Assembly (NCBI GenBank): GCA_001820175.1
Contig: MHOT01000012.1
Coordinates: 124 to 64,123, forward strand
DNA from: Candidatus Staskawiczbacteria bacterium RIFCSPHIGHO2_02_FULL_42_22
GTDB lineage: Bacteria > Patescibacteriota > Minisyncoccia > Minisyncoccales > Staskawiczbacteraceae
Direction: 5' to 3'
DNA: 64,000 nucleotides
The notes under the pieces were generated by a model. That model had not been told where the DNA came from, did no database searches, and was given only the letters and a program-made list of their open reading frames with translations. Shown here piece after piece: positions 37,108-45,917 of the stretch (the stretch's first letter is position 1; every line of letters begins with the position of its first letter). The position numbers were made by a program, and so were the translations under genes.

Positions 37108-38043
37108 ATGATACTTTTTATTTACGGAGATGATTCGTATCGCTCCAAGGAAAAATTAGATGAAATAATTAGCCATTATAAAGAGGTTCGCAAAAGCGGG
37201 CTTAATTTAATGTACGTAGATGCTACCACCGGCACCTTTGCCGATTTTTACGACCGTTTTAAAATTTCCCCTATGTTTGCGGAAACCAAGTTGGTTATTT
37301 TAAAAAACGTATCTTCAAGTAAACAATTTCAGGAGGACTTTTTACAAGAAATTACCATACTGCAAACATTAAAAGACGTGATCGTCATTTTTGAAAAAGA
37401 AAAAATTGACCAGCGCCTAAAACTATTTAAAACGTTATTGAAAGAATGCAAATGCCAGGAATTTGCTCTGCTAGATGCCAGACAAGTTACGGCATGGGTG
37501 GGAAAGGAGTTGGAAAAACTGGGGGCCAAAATTAATAAAGATGCTTTAGACATATTGGCGCGCTATGCGGGAAACGATTTGTGGCGCCTTAAACAAGAAA
37601 TTAAAAAATTGGCAGATTTTAAGCGGGGGTTAGTAATAAAAAAAGAAGATGTGGAATTAATGGTGGCTCCCAATATCGAAAATGATATTTTTAAAACCAT
37701 TGATGCCCTGGCAGAAAAAAATAAAACCAGGGCTTTGCAACTATTGCACACCCACTTAGATAGCGGAGAAAATGCCCTATACCTTCTTTCTATGGTGGCT
37801 TATCAGTTTAGGAATTTGCTGATGGTTAAAGAATTATCAGAGGAAGGGCTCATGTATGCTTCTATTATAAAAAAGAGCGGACTGCATCCGTTCGTGGTCA
37901 AAAAAACCTATTTTCAGTGCCGGCAGTTTTCGTTTGAAGAATTAAAGAATATCTATCGGCGCATTTTTTCCGTTGATGCAGACATTAAAATAGGAAAAAT
38001 AGAACCGGAAACCGCCCTGGATTTATTGATTTCAAAAATGTAG
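37108..38043 (+). CDS. holA: DNA polymerase III delta subunit
   Basis: MILFIYGDDSYRSKEKLDEII N-terminus; length and helical C-terminus typical of HolA. Confidence 0.6.
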   Translation: MILFIYGDDSYRSKEKLDEIISHYKEVRKSGLNLMYVDATTGTFADFYDRFKISPMFAETKLVILKNVSSSKQFQEDFLQEITILQTLKDVIVIFEKEKIDQRLKLFKTLLKECKCQEFALLDARQVTAWVGKELEKLGAKINKDALDILARYAGNDLWRLKQEIKKLADFKRGLVIKKEDVELMVAPNIENDIFKTIDALAEKNKTRALQLLHTHLDSGENALYLLSMVAYQFRNLLMVKELSEEGLMYASIIKKSGLHPFVVKKTYFQCRQFSFEELKNIYRRIFSVDADIKIGKIEPETALDLLISKM

Positions 38044-38079
38044 CGCAGCAAAAAAGCACCCGAAGGTGCTTTTTTGCTG
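38044..38079. terminator. bidirectional terminator between holA and rpsT
   Basis: agcaaaaaagcacccgaaggtgcttttttgct. Confidence 0.65.
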
Positions 38080-38346
38080 CTACTTAGAATTTTTATCCAC
38101 CAATTTGGTAATTCGTGACTTATGGCGCGATGCATTATTTTTTTTGATAACCCCTATTTTGGCTGCCTTGTCGAATGCCTGGTAGACCTTTGGCAGTAAG
38201 TCCTTGGCTTCTTTCACTTTTTTTTGCACCACAAATTGCTTGGCTTCTTTTACCAGTTTTTTAATCTTATTAATATACGTAAGGTTGTGAATCCTTCGCG
38301 CCTTATTTTGCCGTATTGCTTTTTTGGCTGATTTTGTAATTGCCAT
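38080..38346 (-). CDS. rpsT: 30S ribosomal protein S20
   Basis: MAITKSAKKAIRQNKARR...; 88 aa, basic. Confidence 0.85.
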   Translation of the reverse strand: MAITKSAKKAIRQNKARRIHNLTYINKIKKLVKEAKQFVVQKKVKEAKDLLPKVYQAFDKAAKIGVIKKNNASRHKSRITKLVDKNSK

Positions 38347-38424
38347 AATTTTTTAAGTTAATTAAAACTCTATCAGATAATCTCGATTTTTGCAACTTTT
38401 TGGTAATTGAGCTTGGTGAATAAT

Positions 38425-38860
38425 ACCCACTACCGTCATTGCGAGGAGCCCCGAACCACAGTGAGGGGCGACGAAGCAATCTAATAACGAATGGAGATTG
38501 CTTCGCTGTGGCTCGCAATGACGAGAGAAAAACCATTATTCGCCAAGCTCTAATTAAAACCCCTCACACCCCCGATGTCATTTACGACGCGCACGATCGG
38601 GAATCCAGGGGAAAATCTTCTGGATCCCGGGTCAAAAGTCCGGGATGACAACGAGAGGCGTGAGGGGCTATTTTTGGTAATTTTGAGTATGGCAAATAAT
38701 CCCCTCAATCAGTCATTGCGAGCCCACAGGCGTGGCAATCTCGCTTCATTGAATCTAACTGGATTGTCCCGATGGTGGAACCATCGAGGATCCTCGATCA
38801 CATCGGGACTTCGGGTTTGCGAACCCTCGCAATGACGATGCGCGTGGGGGATGCCTCGGT
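38425..38860. repeat. cluster of GC-rich palindromic elements (4 units, including an intact copy of the unit split at 22925)
   Basis: ccgtcattgcgaggagccccgaaccacagtgaggggcgacgaagcaatct...; gatgtcatttacgacgcgcacgatcgggaatccagggg...cccgggatgacaacgagaggcg; cagtcattgcgagcccacaggcgtggcaatctc...attgtcccgatggtggaaccatcgaggatcctcgat. Confidence 0.7.
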
Positions 38861-38912
38861 AATTTTTGCAAAAAAAATGGCATGGTGTGATTACCATGCC
38901 TTTGTTGTTACT

Positions 38913-39845
38913 TTATGTTTTTGTATTCGATCCTACGTTTGTCTCTGATCCTTTGGGCGATTGCGCCTCCGTCATTTTTTTGACGATTCTTTGAGCGATT
39001 TCGCTAATGTCTTTAATTTTTCCCATGGCCTCTTTTTGGTGGTCTTCCATTTTCTTTAACCTCTCTTCTTGTGCGGCTATGTATCGCTCCAACTGCTCCG
39101 TAAGTGCTTTATTACGGTTGTTGGTTTCGTTGCCGATTACCTGAATTTGTTGGGCAATCACGTCTTTTAAGCGAGTTTCAATTTCAGCTAGATTTGCTGC
39201 CGGAATTTGGCTTTGCGTGGCCACGGCATCCAATCGTTTCCCAAATTCTACCACTTGGCCTTGAATTTTACCTAGCGCTCCAGTTTGTTCTGAAGCCCAT
39301 TGGTTAAATGCTTCGGGAGCGATGATTGCTCCACCCGTCCCTTGGCGAATTTTTTGATCGATATCCTCAATCCTTGCTTTTTGTTTTCCGGTTTCTTCGT
39401 GGAAATCCCTTTCCAGTTTCTGGTAATATTCTTGGTGGGTCTTTTGCTGCTCTTCCATCCTTGCTTGTATCTGCCGATTTGATTCCACGACAGTGTCGTT
39501 TAATTTTTGCGTCGCTTCTATACTTTCTTTAGCCAGGGAAATAACGCTTTCCGCAGCCAGTTTGGTTTCTTGCAACTTTTCTTCCCATTCTTTAACCCTT
39601 TTTTCTAGCTTCTGTGCGCTTTCGATGATCGCCTTTAAATTCTTGTCAATGTTTTTGATGTCATCGCAGTTTGTATTAATGGCTTTTTTGTCGCCTTCCT
39701 GCTGTTTGTCAACATATTTTTTTAATGAAACATTTGACAGGAATATTAGCAGAAGTAATCCTGATGCGGCGATTGAAAAAACAAGCCATATTATTGCCAG
39801 CGGATCAAAAGGGGACACAACCCTAACGATATCCATTACAATCAT
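38913..39845 (-). CDS. hypothetical N-terminally anchored coiled-coil protein
   Basis: N-terminal TM followed by ~280 aa of Q/E/K-rich predicted coiled coil. Confidence 0.4.
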   Translation of the reverse strand: MIVMDIVRVVSPFDPLAIIWLVFSIAASGLLLLIFLSNVSLKKYVDKQQEGDKKAINTNCDDIKNIDKNLKAIIESAQKLEKRVKEWEEKLQETKLAAESVISLAKESIEATQKLNDTVVESNRQIQARMEEQQKTHQEYYQKLERDFHEETGKQKARIEDIDQKIRQGTGGAIIAPEAFNQWASEQTGALGKIQGQVVEFGKRLDAVATQSQIPAANLAEIETRLKDVIAQQIQVIGNETNNRNKALTEQLERYIAAQEERLKKMEDHQKEAMGKIKDISEIAQRIVKKMTEAQSPKGSETNVGSNTKT

Positions 39846-39946
39846 ATTCTTTTCCCTTCATTGTTAAAGAACATACTTTGCCACGATTTGAGATTATATG
39901 ATATAATAAATTATGTCAATTGTTTTTCCTGTAACCCCTCGCGCCC

Positions 39947-40226
39947 CGTCATTACGAGGGGATTGTAATACCTGAAGCAATCTCGCATAATTACATAAAA
40001 CGAGATTGCCGCTCGCTTTGCGAGCAAAGCTCCTCGCAATGACGATGGGGGGGGTGTGAATGGTCACCCCTCAAAGTAACTGCTCACTGAACATGAAAAA
40101 TAAGCCCACTTACCTCTCGTCGTCATTGCGAGGAGCCCCGAGCCGAATCGAGGGGCGACGTGGCAATCTGGTCGTTTTGTACGGGGATTGCTTCGGGCCT
40201 GCGGGCCCTCGCAATGACGAGAGGCG
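39947..40226. repeat. GC-rich palindromic elements (2 units)
   Basis: cgtcattacgaggggattgtaatacctgaagcaatctcgc... and cgtcgtcattgcgaggagccccgagccgaatcgaggggcgacgtggcaatct...ggggattgcttcgggcctgcgggccctcgcaatgacgag. Confidence 0.7.
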
Positions 40227-40301
40227 CGAGGGGTTAGTCAAATGCTTGACATTATTTTATAAAATGTTATAATGGGATAATTAAGTTAATTATAAAATTT
40301 T

Positions 40302-43300
40302 ATGACAGAAAAACGCGAACAATCAGGGAATGCGCCCGAACAAACAAATATTCTGAATAACTTACTTAAATCACTTAAAGTGATGGAAGAGAGGGTGAAT
40401 ACACCTGGTTATTTATTTAATCAGGTCGATCAAGAAGAGCTGACTCACATTAAGGCAGAAAAGGAATTATTAGACAATGAGATAAGCTTTCCTGGTCGAT
40501 CGATAAATGCCCAGGAATTAGAAGGATTTAATAAATTAGGGGCGTTGCTTACAGAGATAGAAAGGCTAGTACCCCAAGCATCAAGCAGGCCAGAATCCCA
40601 GAGGCCTTCGGTTGCGGTAGCAGCGGCAGAAAATCCGGCATCAGCACAAGTTAACAAAGGTGATTTAGGAGGCAGTAATACAATAGATGTGAGAATGGGA
40701 ATGGAGTCCTTGCCCGATATGGTGGGGGCTGGGGCTGAAACGTTGCTTCCCGGAGACACCCAGTCAGGCCCCGCTGGAACGAGCGACATAGAAGTTGCCA
40801 TGCCTTCTCATCCCGAAAAAAGAGAGTTAATAAAAAAAGCCGCCGAATTTAACAGAATAGCTAAAACAATTCGAGAAACAAGGAGAGGTGGCCAGCCGGT
40901 ACCAGCAATCCTCTTGGACCAGGGGCGAGCATTATATAACAACATAAAGGATGAATTTAGTAGGAAAACTCAAGAAAAGCTAAGTCCAAAGGTGCAACGA
41001 GAAATAGCTCAAAAACTAAAAGAGGTTACCATAGACGGGGTTCATACCGAAGATACGCGTCGAGGCATTCGTGCTGCCAGATCGGAAAAATATAAAATAG
41101 ATTGCCAGAATAAAAATATCCGCGCAATTAATCGGGAAAATGTCACGGGTGCCGAGGATTTGGAAAACCAAAGAAAAAGGGAAGAACTTGAGGTTGGCGG
41201 AAAATATATGGGCAAAATTCCCTTTTATTGGGGGATAAAAAATGGCTATCGATTGGACAAATTGGAACGGCGGACTTTTAATTGGAATATTTTTAAGCTG
41301 CCGCTGGCGGACGGAAAGTGTCTTTATTTTAAAAACTCCAATACCTTGAATGATTTTTTAATTAAACTCAATGAAAGATGCTGGGATGATATTAAAACTC
41401 AGGCCGGCCAACGGGCAGAGGAAGAGGTAAAGCAAGCGCAGGAAGGAAATGATGTTTCCCAAGACAATGTGCGCCAAACCGTCGAGCAGCAATTTAAGGC
41501 AAGAGCCAAGCATGACGCATTGGTTGCTTTTTCAGCAGAGCATAAAGACAGGTGGCTTTTTGGCATGTTAAAGAAAAGCAAAGGAGCGGATGAAGAGTTT
41601 AAAGAGTTATTTAAAATAACAGAGACGGACGCAAGAGCTTATGATACTGCAGGCGACAAAACTACCACTAATGCTTTTTATGGCGGCCTGCTTGCCGGCA
41701 AGTGGTATGATTTTAGAAATAGAAAAATATTTTTTGACAACGGCATTCAAGTATCGTATTCCAAAAAAGAGTGGGAAAAAATAGTAAAATCGGAAGCAGG
41801 AAATTATCAAAAGCAATTGAAAAAAGAGATTGAAAGCAGGGAAGATAAAATGAAAAAAATTAATAAAGTGCAAGATACTTACCGGGCAATTAAATCCCAG
41901 GGAGTTTTGGAGGTAGTTGGCCAAACCAATATCGGGGATACCGATGCCAGTGGAGGAGTGCGACCTACTCCAGAGACGCCGCCAACTCCACCGGGGCCAG
42001 CGGGAGGTCTAGGCGGAACTGGCGGAGGTACGCCGGAAGCACCCGTATCACAGCCATCGGTTCCGGGCAATGAGCCGGTTCCCAAACCAAAAGAAGTAGA
42101 AAAATTACCTGAACAATCCATAAAAGATCTTTTCAGGGAAGGGGAAATTTTTGATCCAAAGGGAAAATTTGAAGAGATACTATTATTAACACGGCCTACA
42201 GGGATGACGATTAATGAGAAAGAGAATGCAATAAAAGAAATAAATAAAGATTCGGAAATGGATCAGAAAGAAAAGGAAAAATTAATAATAAGTATAGATC
42301 AAAAAGAATTGATAAGTGAAGATGAGAAAAAAATAAGGGTGGAACAAGGTAGATTAGCGAGAGAAGAAAAACTTAAACTTTATGACAAGCAATTAATAGC
42401 ACAGCGAAGGGGTTTGGCTGAGTGCGGTGTTGAACTTGAAAAAAAACTAGAGTCCGACGATGGTGTTACAAGGGAGGATTTAGTTTTGCTCATTGGGCCG
42501 TATGATAAAAAATACGGTTTTACCGAAAAACAAAAGAATCGTATTGGCGAACGCGTTGATAGCTATATTAAAATGAGGGAAAAAGTGAGGAAATTCTATG
42601 AAGATAATAAGAGTAATCCGAAAGAATTAATTAAGCAATTAACTGGTCGAGAATTAGACGATGATACAATAAATAAAATAAAAGATAATATATTAAGAAA
42701 AGGCATAGCTTTAGTAATTAAATCAGATAAAAAAATATTACTTGATTTGTGGACTGAGGGGGCAATGGCCACGGAGGCAGGAGAGGAAAAGATTAATAAT
42801 AGAAAAATCCATTTTGGAGAAAAACTGGGTGGTTTTGCAAGAAGAGGAGACAATGGCATTCCTTACGTCGTTATACAATCTTTGGAATCTAGGGTAGATG
42901 ATATAAATAATAAAAGGAAGAATAAAAAAAGGAAATTCTTGGATGATAGGGAATTGGGTGATTGCCGCTTAAAATTTCAGAACATTTTAAAGCATGAACT
43001 CCAGCATGCAAAAGACCTTTTTGATGCTAAGGAAGAATCTCCAGAAAAAATGTTGGTAGAATATGAGAAAGAAGATGATGAAAGTAAAAAAGAGAAATTG
43101 CTTTGGCAATATTTTAGGGCAAAACAAGAAAAAAGATTGGATAGGGCAAAAAAAGAAATACTACCATCTTTACATAATCTAGGGGCAAATAATTTAAAGC
43201 AGAGAGTTAATGAGCTCTTCTTGAAAAAAGGTGATGTATATAACTTTCCTGTTACAATAAATGAGAATATGGTTTCGCAATTAGAAAAATCCGATGGGAA

Positions 43301-44597
43301 ATTATATGAAAAACTTGGAACAAAATATGATACTATCGTCCCTAATGCAATCACAGCTCTTCATTCACTGGTAAATAGTGATATATATCCCAATGAAACA
43401 ATTATCATGCTTTTAAAAGGTCTAGAAGATGATGAGTTCCCATTAGTTGTTTGGCCAAAAACCATGCAAAGATTATTGAATCCAGAGGGGTTTAAGCAGA
43501 GAATGGGGGCAATAAGAACAAGAAATGGGCTAAAAGCTGAATTAAGGGAATTAACTAATAGATCTAGAAATCATCGAGCGGAATTTGGCGATGAGGACCA
43601 GAAAAGAATGGATGAGGTTGTTTCAATATTGGATAGTGGTTCTGGTACAGCAAATACTCCTAGTGTAGTTGCAGCACCAAGACGAGTACCCGTTAAAAAA
43701 GAACCCAAGAAAAAGGGAGGATGGTTTTGGGGTTGGTTTGGTTTTGGAAGAAGTACAAAAGGGGGGGAAACCAAAAAAGGCGATGCGGCAAAGCCCGAAA
43801 GTGTATCAGAGGAAAAAGCAGAAGAATTATTTTCGAATGCGCAAAATCTTAACGAAGTAGTGACAATTTTAAAGAAAAAGTTAAATGAAAATGGAGATGC
43901 GGTGTGGGTGGGAGTTGATAAACCCCCAGAGTTTCTTTCGGAATTAATAAAAGTCGTTGATGCATTAGTGCTAGAAATTGATAAATTTAAAAAAGCCGTT
44001 GAGAATAATACTCCTAATGAGCTTAACGAACCAATCTGGGATGAATTGCCAAATGACGAGGGTTTAAAGGGTTTTAGGGATAAGCTAGGAAAATTATTTT
44101 ACGATGAACTTTCAAAAATTCGTAAATCCAAGAACAATAATCTTCCTAAAGAGTCGGGGAAAGGGGTTGGTCAAGAACAGCATTCGAATTCTGGGGGCGG
44201 TGGAGTTGGAAATCGAGTGGAGCAGGGCGGTGGACAAAGAAATGAACAAGATGCTCGGGAAGATGTAATAACTAAGAAGATGGGGGGCGCAAGCGATCTG
44301 CCGGATTTATTAAGAATATTAAAAGAATTGGGGGGGGAGTTGTTTGGTGTGTGGTTGCAAGATGGATCGCAGGTAAATCTTTATTTTTCCACATTAATAA
44401 ATCGAGTGGAAGAATTAATGGAGGATATTGCTGATAGAAAAAAGGATACAGGGGGAGATGCTTCGGATTTATCTGTGCCCTTGGAGAAGAAACAATGGGA
44501 TTGGAGTGGATTTAGATTATATGAATTCGATAAAACTGCTCAAAGGTTATTTGAAAAAGAAATAAAAGAAATAGAAAAACCAGGAAAAAAAAACTAA
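40302..44597 (+). CDS. giant hypothetical protein (1431 aa) with Pro/Gly-rich linker and an HExxH-like motif
   Basis: Continuous ORF with no N-terminal signal peptide. PTPPGPAGGLGGTGGGTPEAP linker near aa 550; NILKHELQHAKDLFD near aa 900. Confidence 0.45.
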   Translation: MTEKREQSGNAPEQTNILNNLLKSLKVMEERVNTPGYLFNQVDQEELTHIKAEKELLDNEISFPGRSINAQELEGFNKLGALLTEIERLVPQASSRPESQRPSVAVAAAENPASAQVNKGDLGGSNTIDVRMGMESLPDMVGAGAETLLPGDTQSGPAGTSDIEVAMPSHPEKRELIKKAAEFNRIAKTIRETRRGGQPVPAILLDQGRALYNNIKDEFSRKTQEKLSPKVQREIAQKLKEVTIDGVHTEDTRRGIRAARSEKYKIDCQNKNIRAINRENVTGAEDLENQRKREELEVGGKYMGKIPFYWGIKNGYRLDKLERRTFNWNIFKLPLADGKCLYFKNSNTLNDFLIKLNERCWDDIKTQAGQRAEEEVKQAQEGNDVSQDNVRQTVEQQFKARAKHDALVAFSAEHKDRWLFGMLKKSKGADEEFKELFKITETDARAYDTAGDKTTTNAFYGGLLAGKWYDFRNRKIFFDNGIQVSYSKKEWEKIVKSEAGNYQKQLKKEIESREDKMKKINKVQDTYRAIKSQGVLEVVGQTNIGDTDASGGVRPTPETPPTPPGPAGGLGGTGGGTPEAPVSQPSVPGNEPVPKPKEVEKLPEQSIKDLFREGEIFDPKGKFEEILLLTRPTGMTINEKENAIKEINKDSEMDQKEKEKLIISIDQKELISEDEKKIRVEQGRLAREEKLKLYDKQLIAQRRGLAECGVELEKKLESDDGVTREDLVLLIGPYDKKYGFTEKQKNRIGERVDSYIKMREKVRKFYEDNKSNPKELIKQLTGRELDDDTINKIKDNILRKGIALVIKSDKKILLDLWTEGAMATEAGEEKINNRKIHFGEKLGGFARRGDNGIPYVVIQSLESRVDDINNKRKNKKRKFLDDRELGDCRLKFQNILKHELQHAKDLFDAKEESPEKMLVEYEKEDDESKKEKLLWQYFRAKQEKRLDRAKKEILPSLHNLGANNLKQRVNELFLKKGDVYNFPVTINENMVSQLEKSDGKLYEKLGTKYDTIVPNAITALHSLVNSDIYPNETIIMLLKGLEDDEFPLVVWPKTMQRLLNPEGFKQRMGAIRTRNGLKAELRELTNRSRNHRAEFGDEDQKRMDEVVSILDSGSGTANTPSVVAAPRRVPVKKEPKKKGGWFWGWFGFGRSTKGGETKKGDAAKPESVSEEKAEELFSNAQNLNEVVTILKKKLNENGDAVWVGVDKPPEFLSELIKVVDALVLEIDKFKKAVENNTPNELNEPIWDELPNDEGLKGFRDKLGKLFYDELSKIRKSKNNNLPKESGKGVGQEQHSNSGGGGVGNRVEQGGGQRNEQDAREDVITKKMGGASDLPDLLRILKELGGELFGVWLQDGSQVNLYFSTLINRVEELMEDIADRKKDTGGDASDLSVPLEKKQWDWSGFRLYEFDKTAQRLFEKEIKEIEKPGKKN

Positions 44598-44677
44598 AAA
44601 AACCGGAGAATGAGGAGAAATTAGGGGTAAATGAAAAAGATAAGACAATTGCGTCAAGAGAAGATTTAAGGAGGCGG

Positions 44678-45859
44678 ATGGAGATTTTGTATCCAAAATT
44701 TAACGAAGGAACGCTCGATGATAAAGAAACAATAGAATACAATGAAGTTCATCAAAAATTAAAAGCAATTGAAGAACAAGAAGAATTACCGCCGGATCCG
44801 GAAGATGAAAACAAGAAAAAATTCCTTTCTATTATAAATGATCTGGTTAATAAATCAGTAGAATATAAAGAACAATTTACAAAAGAGAACAATAAGGAAG
44901 CTGAGGATTTTTTCTATCATTATCCGGACGTACTTGAAGAAGAGATGCTAAAACGGAATGCCAAACAAGATGTTTTGGGTGGTTATGGTAATTTGGAACG
45001 ATACAAGAAGAATAAATTAAATGATTTAAGGAGAAAAGCAGATGAATTTAAGGAAAAAAATAAAATAAAGCTAATAAAAGAACTTGGACAGTTTGTCTTA
45101 AAAGAAGATTTGAATAAAGAGGAAGATAGGGGATTTTCCGAGGTTTGTGAAAAATTAAAAATATCTAAAAATATCCTGGAACTGGCAAGGCGAGAGATTT
45201 ATGGCGAAGATGAAAAGGAGGCCAAAAAAATTATTTTAAGATCTTTTTTGGGTGAAATTGGAGAGGATCTAGAAAATACGGAAAATCACGAAGTCCGGCT
45301 TCAGGATTCATTTTTTCAAAATCATCTTCAAAAAAAACAAGAAAGGTTTTATAAATTTGCAGAAAAATCGGGGTGTATTTTTTCCGATAAGCACTTTTAT
45401 GCGCTTGTTAATCGGGGGTACGACTTACATAAAATACCCGTATCTGGTAATCAGGGGATAATGGTTGCTGGTCTATTATTCCGATTGGGCGTGTTAGGAG
45501 TATTTGATTTTATCACTATGCCATCTGAACGCGAAAAATACCAGGGAGAAATCACAAAAAAGCCATTAAAAGAAGTATTAGAACAATTAAAAAAAGAAGC
45601 CGAAGAAAGATTTGCAGAAGATGTGATTGCCAGAGCCAGGATAATTAGCAGCCGAGAAAAAAGCGATCAACAGAAGGTCGCCGGAGGTCAAGAAATGCAC
45701 AGAGAGTTAAAGGGGAAAACTGATGCCCAAACTGAAGAGGAATTACGAGCAGAGTGGTTGCGGCTTGAATCAGAGTATCCTTCAGAAAAACAAAATGAAA
45801 TCGGTAAAAAGTTGGATGAGGTTATGGCAAGGAAAAATAAAAAAAATCAGACAGAATAA
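44678..45859 (+). CDS. hypothetical charged protein
   Basis: 393-aa ORF directly downstream of the giant ORF on the same strand. Confidence 0.4.
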   Translation: MEILYPKFNEGTLDDKETIEYNEVHQKLKAIEEQEELPPDPEDENKKKFLSIINDLVNKSVEYKEQFTKENNKEAEDFFYHYPDVLEEEMLKRNAKQDVLGGYGNLERYKKNKLNDLRRKADEFKEKNKIKLIKELGQFVLKEDLNKEEDRGFSEVCEKLKISKNILELARREIYGEDEKEAKKIILRSFLGEIGEDLENTENHEVRLQDSFFQNHLQKKQERFYKFAEKSGCIFSDKHFYALVNRGYDLHKIPVSGNQGIMVAGLLFRLGVLGVFDFITMPSEREKYQGEITKKPLKEVLEQLKKEAEERFAEDVIARARIISSREKSDQQKVAGGQEMHRELKGKTDAQTEEELRAEWLRLESEYPSEKQNEIGKKLDEVMARKNKKNQTE

Positions 45860-45917
45860 AAAAATCTTTAATCTAAAAAAAACTGCCGATGTGTATTGGT
45901 AGTTTTTTTAGATGGAA

